Positions 38,401 to 52,903 of a stretch of DNA of 64,000 nt are shown here, piece by piece. The stretch lies in NCBI GenBank assembly GCA_951406725.2, contig OX597825.1, positions 31,992,001 to 32,056,000 on the forward strand, read 5' to 3'. The notes below the pieces were generated by a model. That model was given only the letters and a program-made list of their open reading frames with translations, had not been told where the DNA came from and ran no database searches. Position 1 is the first letter of the stretch. The number at the start of each line of letters is the position of its first letter. Source of the DNA: Octopus vulgaris. Its lineage: Eukaryota. A program made the translations under genes and the position numbers.

Positions 38401-41400
38401 AGAAACATGTAACAAACAATATCTCTTAATGACTTCTACAACTGTCTTCGCAAAGCGCCTGCACACACCACACTGTCCTTCACTAACAGTGCGCATGCAC
38501 TTTTATACGGTATAGGACAGTTGACTTGCTTTCCCACAGGGGTGTCAGGATTTCACCACAACAGGTTGGGAAGTAAACTTTTTACCACACAGCTACACCC
38601 TAAAAAAAAATAAGGCAGGAGGGTCTGATTAGAGGAAGATTTTGTTTGCTTCTACAAACCTGTCTAATAACTCTGTAAAGGCTTCTCTCATCTCATTTGT
38701 TTGCTTGGAAGAAAAGGTCTTTGTTCTGGCTTCTAACTTGAAATCCTGCCTAGGTCAACTTTGCCTTTCATTCTTTCAGTATTGTCAAAGAAAAGTATCA
38801 GTCAAGTACTGGGGTCATTGTAGTCAACCACACTTACCCTCCCTAAAATTTCAGGTCCTTTCCTTAGATTAGAAACTGTTATAGTTATAATTTTTTGTTA
38901 CTGTTTTTACTTTTTACATTCCTTTTATGTAACTCCACAGTGTATTGTGCTGTACTATCCCCAATGTTTTTTGTGAACCCTTAATGGTCAAAGAAAAGTT
39001 TATTACCAGTTGAACACTGAGGTTGATGTAATTGACTTGAGCCCTCCCCCAAAATTGCAGGCCTTGTGTCCTTACTACAAAATATTATTATAAATTAAAA
39101 AACAAAAAAGCAACAAGCTTGCAGAATTATCACCCTGGTCAAAATGCTTAGTGGTATTTTGCCTGCCTTTAGTTTTTTAGTTCAAATTCCACCAAGCTCA
39201 ATTTTACTTTCCATCCTTTCAGGGTCAATAAAATAAGCAGTTGAGCACTGTGGGGGATGTAATCCTCTTGTTCCCTCCTACCAAATTGGTGGCCTTGGGC
39301 CAAAATTTGAACCCATTATTAAGAATGTGGCAAGGTAGCAGAATCATTAGCATGCTGAACAAAATGCTTCATGGTATTTCATCTATCTTTGTTCTGAGTT
39401 CAAATTCCATGGAAGTCAATAAAACCAGCATCAGTTGAGTGCTGGGGTTGATGCAATTGACTTCCCTACCCTTCACAATTGCTGGCCTTGTGCCAAAATA
39501 AGGAAGGATTATTATTACTTGAGTGGTGAATTCCTTTGTGGTGCTTCTTGTAGCTCTTCATTTTCTGAGTTCAATTCTAACCTATTTCATCTTTTCATCT
39601 CTGCTGGGGATCAATAAAATAAAGTGCCACTCAAATACTAGGATCACTGTAATTAGCAGACTCTTGACCACCACCCCAGATTGCTGACCTGCTTAAATTA
39701 GAAATTATCATTATTATCATTATTAAACAAATCAAAATAGATGAACATCAATGGAATTTGTATCTTTGTGGTACCAGTGCCGGTGGCACGTGGCACACAA
39801 GAAAACCATCCGAACGTGGCCGTTAAAAACACCATCCGAGCGTGGCCGTCTGCCAGCCTCGTCTGGCACCTGTGTCGGTGGCACATAAAAAAAACACCAT
39901 CCGAGCGTGGCCATTTGCCAGCCTCGTCTGGCACATAAAATCACCCACTACACTCTCGGAGTGGTTGGCGTTAGGAAGGGCATCCAGCTGTAGAAACACT
40001 GCCAGATCTGACTGGACTGGTGCAGCTTTCGGGCTCTCCAGACCCCAGTTGAACCGTCCAACCCATGCTAGCATGGAAAGCGGACGTTAAATGATGATGA
40101 TGATTAATGTACTACTGCTATATAACAATAAGATCTTTAACTAACTAACTAACCTCTTTTGAGTCCCTTGTAGAACCAGTTCAATGATTCCACCTGGTAA
40201 TCGGAATTCCCAGATGAGAATTCCTAGATTTGCTTTCTTAAAGACTTTCCTACATTTGTTAAAATAAAACAATGGTTGATGCCATTATTGAAATTTGTCT
40301 TAACATTTCAGTGGAACTTCCCTTTGTTGATGCAAGCATGGAAGCTTGGACCTGCCCTGGCTCTAGGAAACACAGTTGTGATGAAAACAGCTGAGCAGAC
40401 ACCCCTCAGTGCTCTTTATATTGCACAGCTTGCTGTAGAGGTAAGGTTTTGTATTTTTCACGCTTCCATTAAAAAAGAAATACCCTTCTTTATTAATTTG
40501 AAAATACCAACTGGTATAGTTAGTTCGGTTTAAATTTGATTTTCAGATTTAAAAAAATTCTATTAGGTTTTTCTGCTTCTGACCCAGAACTGCAAACTTC
40601 AACATTGATGGTGAAGCTTAGGATGTGTGACAGCAGTGATACAGCTTAGGGTTTTAGATAACACACAAAGAATATCATTAAATATAAAAAAGTTTATCCA
40701 TAAGATTTTATCTAAAACTAGCCAGTAATAGTTTTTAAAGTTTTACCATGAAAACTAATCATGACCTGATTTCTCCTTAACTGGCAACTGATCGATCTCC
40801 CCAACTATAGCTATAAAAAACATATGTACATTGCAGTCTTTGTTGTGTTCATCTTTGCATTGTAAGAAGCCATGAATTTGTAAGATATCTTAGCATGTTT
40901 TCTGGCATACAAGTCATTGTGGCATATAATGTAGGCATGTAGTGTAAACATTCAAGCATTATCACTATCCTTCCAAATCCTGCTACACTTCACATTAAAT
41001 GTTCAGTCCTCTAAAGTTGCCTTATATGACTTTTTTTTGTACTGTAAATTCAATTTGTTTGCTGGAAAATATGGTACAGTTTTTTTGGGTTTTTTTTTTC
41101 TCTTTTTTAGGCTGGTTATCCTCCTGGTGTTCTGAATATTGTCCCTGGCTATGGGCCAACAGCTGGAGCTGCTCTTGCTAAACACATGGATGTTGATAAA
41201 ATTGCTTTTACTGGTTCTACTGAAGTAGGTCATCTTATTTTGGGTTTTCTTTTTCTTTTTTTTTTTTTGGTAAATTTGGTAATTTTGCAGGTATTTTACA
41301 TCATAAGAATTTTACAAACTTTCAAGAGAAAGTTTTTGCTTGATTTCTTTATAGGCTCCCAACCATGTGGTTTTGGGTTCATTCCCATTGTTACCTTCTA

Positions 41401-44400
41401 TGATAAGCCCTGGGGCCTGTGTGGATTTGGCAGACAGTATTTAAATGTGTATGTGCGCATGGACATAAATATGAAAAACGTGTTTACTTGTTTGGAAGCA
41501 GGTCAGTGTTGGCAACAGGAAAGGTATCTGGTCAAAGGAATCTACCTTAGTAAATTCTGTCCGGTCCATATGAGCATGGGAAAGTCGATGTAAAAATTAT
41601 CTCTGTTGAGCTATCTCCCTGGTTTAAGGATAAATTCCCTGCTTCTTAGTACCAGTTTCACAGACCCTAAAAAAATCAAGGCATGAGGTTTTTCCTTCTT
41701 TGACTTAGTGGTTAAAAAAGATACTAATTTATGGTTCATGGCTAATCTACAACAAAGGCCTTTACCAGAAATGCTAATCTCATCATCTTGTGATATAAAA
41801 GCAATTTCAATTTTTTAAAGAGATTTCTTTGTTCAACTGTTTTAATTATGCATTTTTGGTTTTCAGATTGGGAAAATGGTTTCAGTCATGGCCACAGAGA
41901 GTAATTTAAAGAGAGTAACTTTGGAACTTGGTGGTAAAAGTCCAAATATAGTATTTGCTGATGCCAATAGTAAGCAATGCATTTCTTTTATAGAATTGTT
42001 TAAAACTGTTTGAACTGTATTTAAAATCCATCTTTTATCTCTGGATTTGTTTAAAAATCCTACACTGCTTGTTATCAAGAAAATGATTGCTGAAATTACA
42101 AAAAAAATTAAAAATCTTCCTTTTGCTTAGACTCTTGAGTATTAATAGATCTGAGCTTGTGGTTCCCAACCCTTTTATTTAAATGAGTTTTCCCCATGGA
42201 TCCCTTTAATATGCTTATCCTTATACACACACACACATACACACACATATGAAATTTTGAATTTTGTTCATGGACCCCCACTCAGTACTTCCTTTGCAGA
42301 CCCCAAGTTGGAAACCACTGATCTAGGCCTTAACTAGTAATATTCTGAATGCATGCATAGCTATGTAGTAAGAAGTTTCTGGGTTCAGTCCCACTACATG
42401 ACACCTTGAATAAGCATGTTCTATTATCACCTCAGGCTGATCAAAGCCTTGTCAGTGGATTTTGTTGATGGGAACTAAAACAAAAAAAACCTGTCATGTA
42501 TAGATAATGTGTTCGTATGCATGTTACTGTCTCTTTGTCTTGGTATCACTTGATAGTTGTAAACGAGTGTCACCACCATGCATGCAGTGTCCTTTGTTTC
42601 AAATCTTCCATGGAAACATGTCTGGTTGTTGAGAAATATTACTTTACTTGGAAGTATGAGGGTTAGTGACAGGAAGGGCATCAGGCTGTAGAAAATCTTC
42701 AACAGGCGCAGGAGTGGCTGTATGGTAAGTAGCTTGCTTACCAACCACATGGTCCTGGGTTCAGTGCCACTGTGTGGCACCTTGGGTAAGTGTCTTCTAC
42801 TATAGCCTCAGGCCGACCAGAGCCTTGTGAGTGGATTTGGTTGATGGAAACTGAAAGAAGCCTGTCGTGTGTGTGTATATATATATATATATATGTGTGT
42901 GTGTATATGTTTGTGTGTCTGTGTTTGTCCCCCCAACATCCCTTGATAACTGATGCTGGTGTGTTAACGTCCCCATAACTTAGCGGTTCGGTAAAAGAGA
43001 CCAATAGAATAAGTACTAGGCTTGATTTACTCGACTAAAGGCGGTGCTCCAGCATGGCCGCAGTCAAATGACTGAAACATGTAACAAAAAGAGTAAAGAG
43101 TAAATCCTGTCCACCCATGCAAGCATGATGAAAGGTATGTTAAAAGCATAATGATGACCATCTTTGTGTAACAGAGGAGGAGTTTGTGAAACAATTCTTC
43201 AGTTTACTAATCTCAATACGATTCCAATGTGAAAGTTTCATCTTCTATTATCCTCCCTGTGAAGGTTAAATATGCTAACAGATGGTTAACCTTTCATAAA
43301 AGCTAATGAGTTTGCCTTCATAGATACTTGTTGTTTAACCCCAGGTCAACCATTACTGAGCAGGCAACCTATAATCCAAAGCATTATAACCATAGCCATC
43401 TTGTCTTTTAGGCTGTGTAGGACTTCATTAGTTAATGTCGCCTGTTCTTATAGAAATCATTAGGGTGTGATTTGAGAATAATTTAGCTACTATTTATAGC
43501 ATGTCAAACCACTACAGAGAGGTTCCCTGTATGGTGGTTGTGGTCATTTAGCCCCAGTTGAACTCTAAATAGGCATATCCACAACCAAAGGCATTTCAGA
43601 TATGCCCATTCCATTTATACTTTATTCAGTGTGTCTAGGACCATGTTTTCGTATATGTCCTCTCTTTTTAAGATGGTTATTGTATGATTAAAAGAGGGAG
43701 ATTTTGTTGTTTCCTGCAGGTCGAGCAGCCTTTGTAGAAATCTCCCTCATTGTTTCACTTATCAATGGCTGTAGTCCAGTACCTTAGCCATACAGTTGTT
43801 GTGCACCTTTTGACCACACCCATTTATTTAGTTGATGTTTCATGTTTTTATAACATGATCTTCTTCTGATTGAATTTCTCATGCCATTTTTCAGTGGATC
43901 TTGCTGTTGAGACTTGCCACCTCGGTCTGTTCTTCAACCAAGGCCAGTGTTGCTGTGCCGGTTCCAGAATATTTGTAGAGGAAAAGGTCTACGATGAATT
44001 TGTTGAACGCAGTGTTGAGCGAGCTAGACGGAAAGTAGTTGGAGATCCTTTTGATCGTTCTTCTGAACAAGGTCCACAGGTGAGTGCTTCTAGTATTTTG
44101 TTTTTCTCACCCTTTTAGCATTCAGATTACTCTGCCAAATGTTATGCTTGTTTATTCACATTGTTTTGAATTATATATTATCTCATAGCTTCAAAATTTC
44201 GATTATGTCATTGTTTATTTTTAGAATGGCATTATAGGGTAGGTGTGATAGCCCAGTTTGAACATAAAATAGAATACTTGGCCAGTTTAAATGTTAAAGG
44301 GCCAAAATGTTATAATAGCCCTTTCTCTGTATCTCTGTCCAGGCCCAGGCTTGGGTATGCCCTCTGTTTATGTTATGTAACTTAACAGTTCGACAGTTAT

Positions 44401-47400
44401 ATACATATGAAATTTTGAATTAGTTCACGGACCCCCAGTATTACCTTTTGCAGACCCGAGGTTGGGAACTACTGGGATAGAATATGCTTTTTTGCTTGTG
44501 ATTGTTAGGGTTTTCAAAGTAAATAATAATAATAATAATAAATATCGGTCTTGATTATTCAATTGGTCATTTAGACATCTTATAAAAAAAATATATAGAA
44601 TGTGGATTATTTAGTGCATTGAACTGGTTTCTAGTATTGTATATAGACATTTTGAAGTTAATGGTTTCTTTCTATAACCGAATGATATGGGTATGACTTT
44701 GAGTATTATATATAGAGAGACAGACAGAGATAGATGTGTGTGTTATAATTTTCTGTTGCTTTTTTTACTTTGGCCTATTAGTTCCATGTCATATTAACAC
44801 CTTTTAACAGGTTGACCAGGAACAACTGACAAAGATCCTTTCTCTGATTGAAAGTGGTAAACAAGAAGGAGCAAAACTATGTACTGGTGGCGCCAGACAT
44901 GGTGATAAAGGGTATTTCTTGCAGCCAACTGTATTTGCTGATGTACAAGATAACATGAGGATTGCCCAAGAAGAAGTAAGCTATTGGAAATTCACTATTT
45001 ATTAATTGATTGAGTGTAACTGTTAGACACAATTGCACTTAATTACTGCTGTGGTTATTTTCCTTCAACCTCTCCTTCCAAATTAGTAAAATTAATAGTC
45101 TTACTCTGACAAGAATCCAAATATGATCATGAGGATGTAATTTGCTAATTAGGATAAAACTAGTCCTTGCTCAACATACACATGCTCGCTCGCTCACTCA
45201 ACTCACGTAATGATTTTTGTGTGTATTTATGTATCTCTAAATATTTGAATTTGTTCATTTTTTTTTTTTTTTTTTTTTTAAATTACACTCCCATACATAC
45301 ACACATCGTAGCTGTCAACTTGTAGATGAGTGTGGCCATCACCAACAAATTCTTATCCTAGATGTTAAAGACAGTGGCTCACATCAATACCCATGCTGAA
45401 ATTTAAAAGTTGACAAGTACAGCACTGCTTAGACTCTCACCTACAAAGCCAAGTTGTCTAGAAACAAGTTAGAGCACGATGTCATTCTCTGCAGTGAAGC
45501 AGATTTTATTTCAAAATTTGGCCTCCGTGCCAGTGACACGTAAAAAGCACCATCCGATCGTGGTCGTTTGCCAGCCTCATCTAGCACCTGTGCCGGTGGC
45601 ACGTAAAAAGCACCCACTACACTCACGGAGTGGTTGGCGTTAGGAAGGGCATCCAGCTGTAGAAACACTCCCAGATCAGACTGGGCCTGGTGCAGCCTTC
45701 TGGCTTCCCAGACCCTAGTTGAACCGTCCAACCCATGCTTGCATGGAAAACGATGATGATGATGATGAGCAGCTTGAAGAATGACTCAGAGCCTCTCAGT
45801 TCCAGTTGTTAGATAATGACCATTGATTTTATTTTGTCCGTTCACAGGTTTTGTTTTTCATCCTGCATGTGACAAGTTGTATCAGGTTACATATTTCCAG
45901 TACCACCAAGAGTGACCTGACATGCGTGCATACATACATACACAGAGCATATTTACTGAAGTTGTGTTTAAATAAATGTAATCAGAAAGTGCTGTGAAAT
46001 TCAATGCACAGTAATAGTATTGAGAAAGGGTGTGGATGTCTTTTTATGATAAACAGTTTTGTTAATAACATATACAGCCACTACTTATTTCATTAACTGT
46101 TGTCATTGTTTTTTTTATCTTTAGGATTACAAGGATAGCAGAGAAATTAGAGGAGTTTCCTCTGTAATTTGCTTTATGTTGACAATCTGCTGAAGTTTGT
46201 TTTCCTATTTTTGTGTACAGTTTATTGACACTATTTAACTTGGATTTCATTACAATTTGACAGTTTATCATAATAAATAGATGTACTTGCTTCAGCAGTA
46301 CATATACTCACATTGGAATAATATACAGATTAGATTGGCCTTCATATAAAAATGAGGCAGAAATTTGTGTAGAATTCCATAATTTTTTTTTTTTTAGGCA
46401 CCTGAGCACAAGTTTATTTTTATTATCATTATTAAGGCAGTGATCTGATAGAATCGTTAGCATGCGGTGTAAAATGCTTAGCAGTATTTCATCTGCCTTT
46501 GTTTTGTGTTCAAATCCCACCACGGTTGACTTTGTCTTTCATCCTTTGTGGGGAGGTCAATAAATTATCAGTGAAACACTGTGGTCAATATAGTCGACTT
46601 AACCCCTCTCCCCAATTTCAGGCCTTGTGCCTATCGTAGAAAGGATTATTATCATTATTATTAAGGTAGTGAGCTGGCTGAATCGTTAGTACACTGGGTG
46701 AAATACTTACCTGTATTTTATCTGTCTTTGTTCCGAGTTCAAATGTCACGGAGATCAACTTTGCCATTCAACCTTTCGGGGTCAGTGAATTAAGAACCAG
46801 TTGAGTACTGGGTCGATGTAATCGACTGTCCCCCTCCTCCAATTTTCAGGCCTTGTGCCTATAGTAGAAAGGATTATTATTATAAAGGCAGTGAGCTGGT
46901 AGAAAAGTTAGCACACTGGGCAAAATGCCTAGTAGTATTTTGTCTGTTTTTACATTCCGAATTTTAATTCCACCCCAGGTCAACTTTGCCTTTCATCCTT
47001 TTAGGGTCAATAAAATAATTACTAAATTTCAAGCCCTGTGCCTATAGTAGAAAATATTATTGGATAGAATGCTGAATAGCAATTTTTTTTCAGCTTTACA
47101 TTTTAAGTCCTAATTCTGTCAAGGTCATGCTTTCAGGGTCAGTAAAATAAGCATAAATCAAATACCAGGGTCAATTAAATTGATTGGCCCCCTCCCTCAA
47201 AATTTCAAGCATTGTGTCTCTAGTATAGAAGGATTATTATTGTGTTGAATCATATACATAACGTGTAGATTCTTTCGAAATAACTATCATTTTCTAATGA
47301 CCATTTAGTTATTTTCAGTTAATTTATTGATGGTTAATTTTAAACAGTTGGTGACTATTTTCATTCAAAGAAGTGTAATGAACATAATTAGTAGATGAAA

Positions 47401-50400
47401 GAAGATTAAAAAATGTGTATTTGTCTTGAGTTTGAGTCCCATTGTTTGGCTGCTCATATTTCTTATTTTTCATGTACTCTTTGGGTGTTGATTTTTGGTT
47501 AAAGTTTAAACTTGTCTGACTTATTCTATTTCATGCTCATCTTTTATTGATACTGATTCTGTAAATATTGAGGCATCAGGAATGTGAAAGACTATATTTG
47601 TTAAGATGCCTTGGTGATGTTATTTGATGGAGAGGCATTCATAAGAGGAATTACTAATGTGTAGATATCTAGGATATACACGTTGATGTTACAAAAGTAA
47701 ATTTTCAAAAATTTGAGTAAAACTTGAATAAAAGCACACCCCCCACCAACTTTTTTTTTTCTTCTCCAGTTCAGTCCTGCTAATCTTTACATGTAACAGA
47801 TTAAAATATTGATATTGGTAATAGATTATCAATTATCTTTACAGAAATCTATAATCTAATTTTGTTTTACAATTGTATCTGATATCCTTGGAAAAAGAAT
47901 GATTATTACAGTCTCTCATTTCACTTAACTAAATATTTCATGCCTGTGTTATGAAATCCTGTATTTTTGTTGGGTGTTTTTTTTTATCTTTTTAGCAAAA
48001 CAAAATAGTAACTAACCACTGATAAACTTAAATATATCTTCATCAAGTCTTGGCTATAAACTTTTTTAATGAATTTTTGTTTGGTAAATAGCCTGAGAAT
48101 TGATCTTGTTACCATATTTCTTTTCTCAGATCTTTGGTCCAGTAATGCAGATAATGAAATTCCGTGATACGAATGAGTTAATTGAGAGGGCTCACAACAC
48201 CATATATGGCTTGGCTGCTGCTGTTATGACAACAGATCTTGACAAAGCACTTCACATATCAAACTCACTCAGAGCAGGAACTGTTTGGTAATTTAACGAA
48301 TTTGTTTTAATGATCCCAGTTGAACCATTTGATAAACAAACTTGTTTATTGTTGAACTGAGAACCCAACACATTATTTTTATCTCCTTGGCATCCATGCA
48401 CTATTTATTCATTTTTCAGCCAATTTTGAAGTAGAGTAGAGAGAATTGAAAAGAGGGCTGGATTTTTTATGCTTGCTATGGTCCACGAGGGCATGTGACT
48501 TAGTAGTCAAGGTGTTGCTCTCATGATTGCAAAATCAGTTTCAATTCACAGAATGACAGAAGCATAATATTCCTGAGCAAAACCCTTTGTTACACAATGC
48601 TCTGTGACCACTTTGGCACCTAACGTGTGGCACACCATACACCTGTACAGGTAATATCAATTTGAGCTGGCAGAAACGTTAGCACACCGGGCGAAATACT
48701 CAGCGGTATTTTGTCTGCCATTACGTTCTGAGTTCAAATTCCGCCAAGGTCGACATTGCCTTTCATCCTTTCGGGGTTGATAAATTAAGTACCAGTTATG
48801 CACTGGGGTCGATATAATCGACTTAATCCATTTGTCTGTCTTTGTTTGTCCCTCCTGTGTTTAGCCCCTTGTGGGTAGTGAAGAAATAGGTAATGTCAAT
48901 TTGATAGAGGTAGTGAACTTATGTACAGCACAAACATTCAGTTGCCATAAACAAATCTTCAGTGCTGGTTGTTCAGCAAGAAATTGCAGATCCTTCCTCT
49001 ATCACCTGTTCTAGGAGAGTCCCCAGTTATGATCCAGTTCTGCAAAAAGATCTGAACCCAGTATTGCGTTCCAAGAAACTAGACACAGGCATGACTGTGT
49101 TGTATTATTACATCACAGTTCTTTTCTTCTGGATGATGACAGTGTTGATGATAGAAGTAATCATTTGAGCTGTTAGAAATAATAGCCAAATATACCACAT
49201 TTCTCTCTGTCTTACAAAAGACTGAATGTAATGTATAAATTAATTTGGACTAATTGTATATACCAAATAAAATGAAATAGTTTTGGCTTCAATAGTGATT
49301 GAACTATATTCATTACAGAAATCTCTTACTGAACCCATGCGATCACACATAATGGTGATAATGTTGTCATTATCTGGCCTCTTGAAGGTGACAAGTTAGC
49401 AGAATCATTATCAAGCTGAACAAAATGCTTAGCAACATTTTGTCCATCTTTACGTTCTCGGTTCAAATTCTGCTGAGGTCAACTTTGCCTTTTGTCTTTT
49501 TGGGGTTGATGTAATCAACTAACCCTTCCGCCAAAATTTCAAACCTTGTACCTACAATAGTAAGGATTATTTGGTCTCTTGATTGAATAGACCCATAATC
49601 AGACATTCCAGTTATGACCATTCCATGTCCATTGCTGGCATCATGTCTTGTACTACGTTATCATAATCTTAGATATCTTACATTTCCTAAGGTGATGTAC
49701 TTTCAGTGAAATTTGACTATGTCTAGTAGCTTAGATGACTCTAGGTTCCTATATTGGGGTCATGATAATGACAATGATGTAGGAAATAATGGTGATAGTC
49801 TTTATCATTTTTAATTTTCCTTTCATTTAATAATCGATATTATTATTATTATATTCAGACTAGAATCTTTTATTTCACCTGTTGCTCCTTTTGTGACCAA
49901 CCAGTCTGAAACTGTTCTTGGTTCTCTGATACAGACTTTCCTATTATAAAATAATCTAAGTTAAAAACTCGCATTAAAATTTGTTAATTTATGTTCCAGA
50001 TGCCCAGCTTAATGAGTTTTCTTTTTTTACTAAATTCTTCATTATTTTCAAAATTAACTTAACCCTTTTGATACCAACCCACCTGAAACTGCCTCTGGCT
50101 CTGTTGTACAAAAGTCTTATTTTCAAAAGTTCTGAATTAAAATCTTCCACCAAACCTTAGTCACAATTTATGTTCCTAACACTAGCTTAATGATAAACTA
50201 AATTATTTTACTAATTCTTTGTTATATTTAAAATTAATTGAAAGAAATACAGGGCATCTCAACAGAAATATGGTAACAAAAGGGTTAACCCTTTAACATT
50301 CAGATTTTTTTGTCAAATATGATGTTTCATAAAATTTTGATGATGTGATTAATTTTAGAATGACATTGTAGGATAGGTGTGAGAGGTTGCATTTAGTCAA

Positions 50401-52862
50401 TTTGAACCTAAAATGGGTAGAATTTCTGGGCTGGGTACACCCAGTTTGAATGTTAAAGGATAAAAGATGGTGCATTTCAGAACAATGCACTTTGATTGAA
50501 TAAAGGATTGGTTTGAAATTCTGAATGTGATAGGCACCAGAGGGCACAGTGGCTAAACTCATCCAAGATGAGGATTCCTGTTGAAATATACTGATGTTTA
50601 ATAATGGAGATGATATTTAGGAAGTTTTCTTTGTGTTGGAGGATCTTTTTATGTTTATTCTGTTATTTTTAGGGTCAACTGCTTTGATGTTTTGGATACT
50701 GCTGCACCTTTTGGTGGCTACAAGATGTCAGGAAATGGACGAGAACTTGGAGAGTATGGACTTGAAAATTACACTGAAGTGAAAACTGTGAGTACACATC
50801 GATGTGTTATTTCAGTACAAATGTTATTAGAGTGAGGAGACATTGTTAAATTTTCAGCAAGCGATGTATGTCTGTCTGCACTGATGCAATTATGACTGGA
50901 TCTAGTTTACATTGGTCTGTATTTGTATAACTAAAATTGTAGTCCTCATTCTTCGTTTTAACATCCTCTTTTCCATGCTTGCATGAGTTGGGTCAGGTTT
51001 GAGGTAGATTTTTGTTATTGCATGCTCTTCCTCTCACAGAGCTTCACATGTTTCCACATAAAGTAATATATCCCCCCATTGACAGTTTTTCTTCCAAGAA
51101 TAGGCCAAGTTTGTTGACTTTGAGGATTTGACAATAATCCTACATACTTATAAAATAAAATGATACAAATAATTAAAATTCTTCAAATAAAAAAAAGCAC
51201 ATAATTTTTTTTTTTATTATAGATGTTTTCGATCTAGTTTGGATTCTTTGCCATTAAATTTGGATTCTTTGCCATTAAATTTGGATTCTTTGCCATTAAA
51301 TTTGAATTCTTTGCAATCAAATTTAATGGCAAAGAATCCAGACTAGAGCGAAAACATCTATAAAAAAAAAACTGATCAAAATTTACTTTAGCTTGTATAT
51401 TTTATCTTTATTACAGTGACACATAAGATACTATAAAAAAAAAAATCAAGTAAGCAGTAAAAAACAGCCCAAAATTTGTGAACTGCTAGAAAAAAGCTAT
51501 AATTATAAAAAATGCCAAAAAAATTAGAATGATCTGTCTTATGCTCTTTTTTTTTTTAATTAGCTTTGCCGTGTTAGACTCCACTGAAAAAAGCACATTG
51601 TTTTTAGAAAATATTTTTCTGATTTTGTTTCTATATAAAATGCTCTTTCAAAATAGGCATGGTTCAATATGACTATGATATTCCTTTCTAATGCAGCCAT
51701 AAGGACTGAAATTTTGGGGGAATGGGTCTAGTCGATTACATCAACCCCAGTGCTTGACTGGAACTTAATTTATCGACTCTGAATGGATGAAAAGAAAAGC
51801 CAACCCCGGCAGACTTTCACCTCATAGCACAAGTGCGGGCAAAATACTGCAAAGCATCTTGTCCAACTTGCTAACAACCCTACCAGCTCACCGCCTCAAT
51901 ATGGCTATGATATTAGAAGTAGGAGTATTTCCATTTCAAAGGTTTTTGAGTAGTAATTAATTAGTGAAAAGCTTATTGAAACGAGCTAATTAAATTTGAC
52001 ATGGCTTATATTAAGGGGCAGTTTCAAAAATTTTTTGCGCGCTAATCACAGGATTCTTGTTTATATTTTGGAAATGTTTGTATATACATTTCTCATGTCT
52101 TACTAACCACTTCAAAATGGTGCATCGTAGGTGGGGAAACTGTTTCCATTTTCAGAATCTCAAAGCACATATACATATACCAAAATGAGTTCAAAGGGAT
52201 ATATAATCCTGGCAGTTACTGTGTTTCCTCATATGCTGGCTGACCACAGCGAATCTTTGGTGATGCCTGAATTAATAAGTCGCTAGACTCTGGTTATAAT
52301 TCTTGCTTGGTAAATCCAAGTGTACTATTCAGTTTCCATAGAGTAAGTAATGATATTAGAAATAAGTTATCTCAAGCATATAATACAGCACTTTTCATGG
52401 AAAACTGGGGAGGGTGGAACACTCGCGCCCCTCCCCCAAGTGTGGGATGGGGTGGACTTCATGCCCTAGTTTCCTAATCACCCTTTGCCCCTGAGAGATA
52501 TATATATATATATGTCATGTTTGAGAAGACCCATCAAGCTGAGCAAAATCGCAGTCATGGCAGATACCAGTGTCGTGCGGATTGGCACATAAAAGCACCC
52601 ATTACACTCTGAGTAGTTGGCATTAGGAAGGGCATCCAGCCGTGGAAAACCATGCCAAATCAGACTGGAGTCTGGTGTAGTCTTCTAGCATGCACGCCCA
52701 GTCAAACTGTCCGACCCATATCAGCATGGACAATGGATGTTAAATGATGATGACGATGTATATTAATACAGTTTTTGAAGTGTAAAGGTGATTTTTAAAA
52801 TATTATCAAATCTTTTATGAAGATGTTACTGACCTTTCTTGAAGTTTTTTTTTTCTAGTGTA

Positions 52863-52903
<41 letters not shown>

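Noticed and set aside
42705-42780. tRNA gene
   Set aside because: A/B-box-like head of a SINE that continues into a repeated body and tail. No complete cloverleaf seen.
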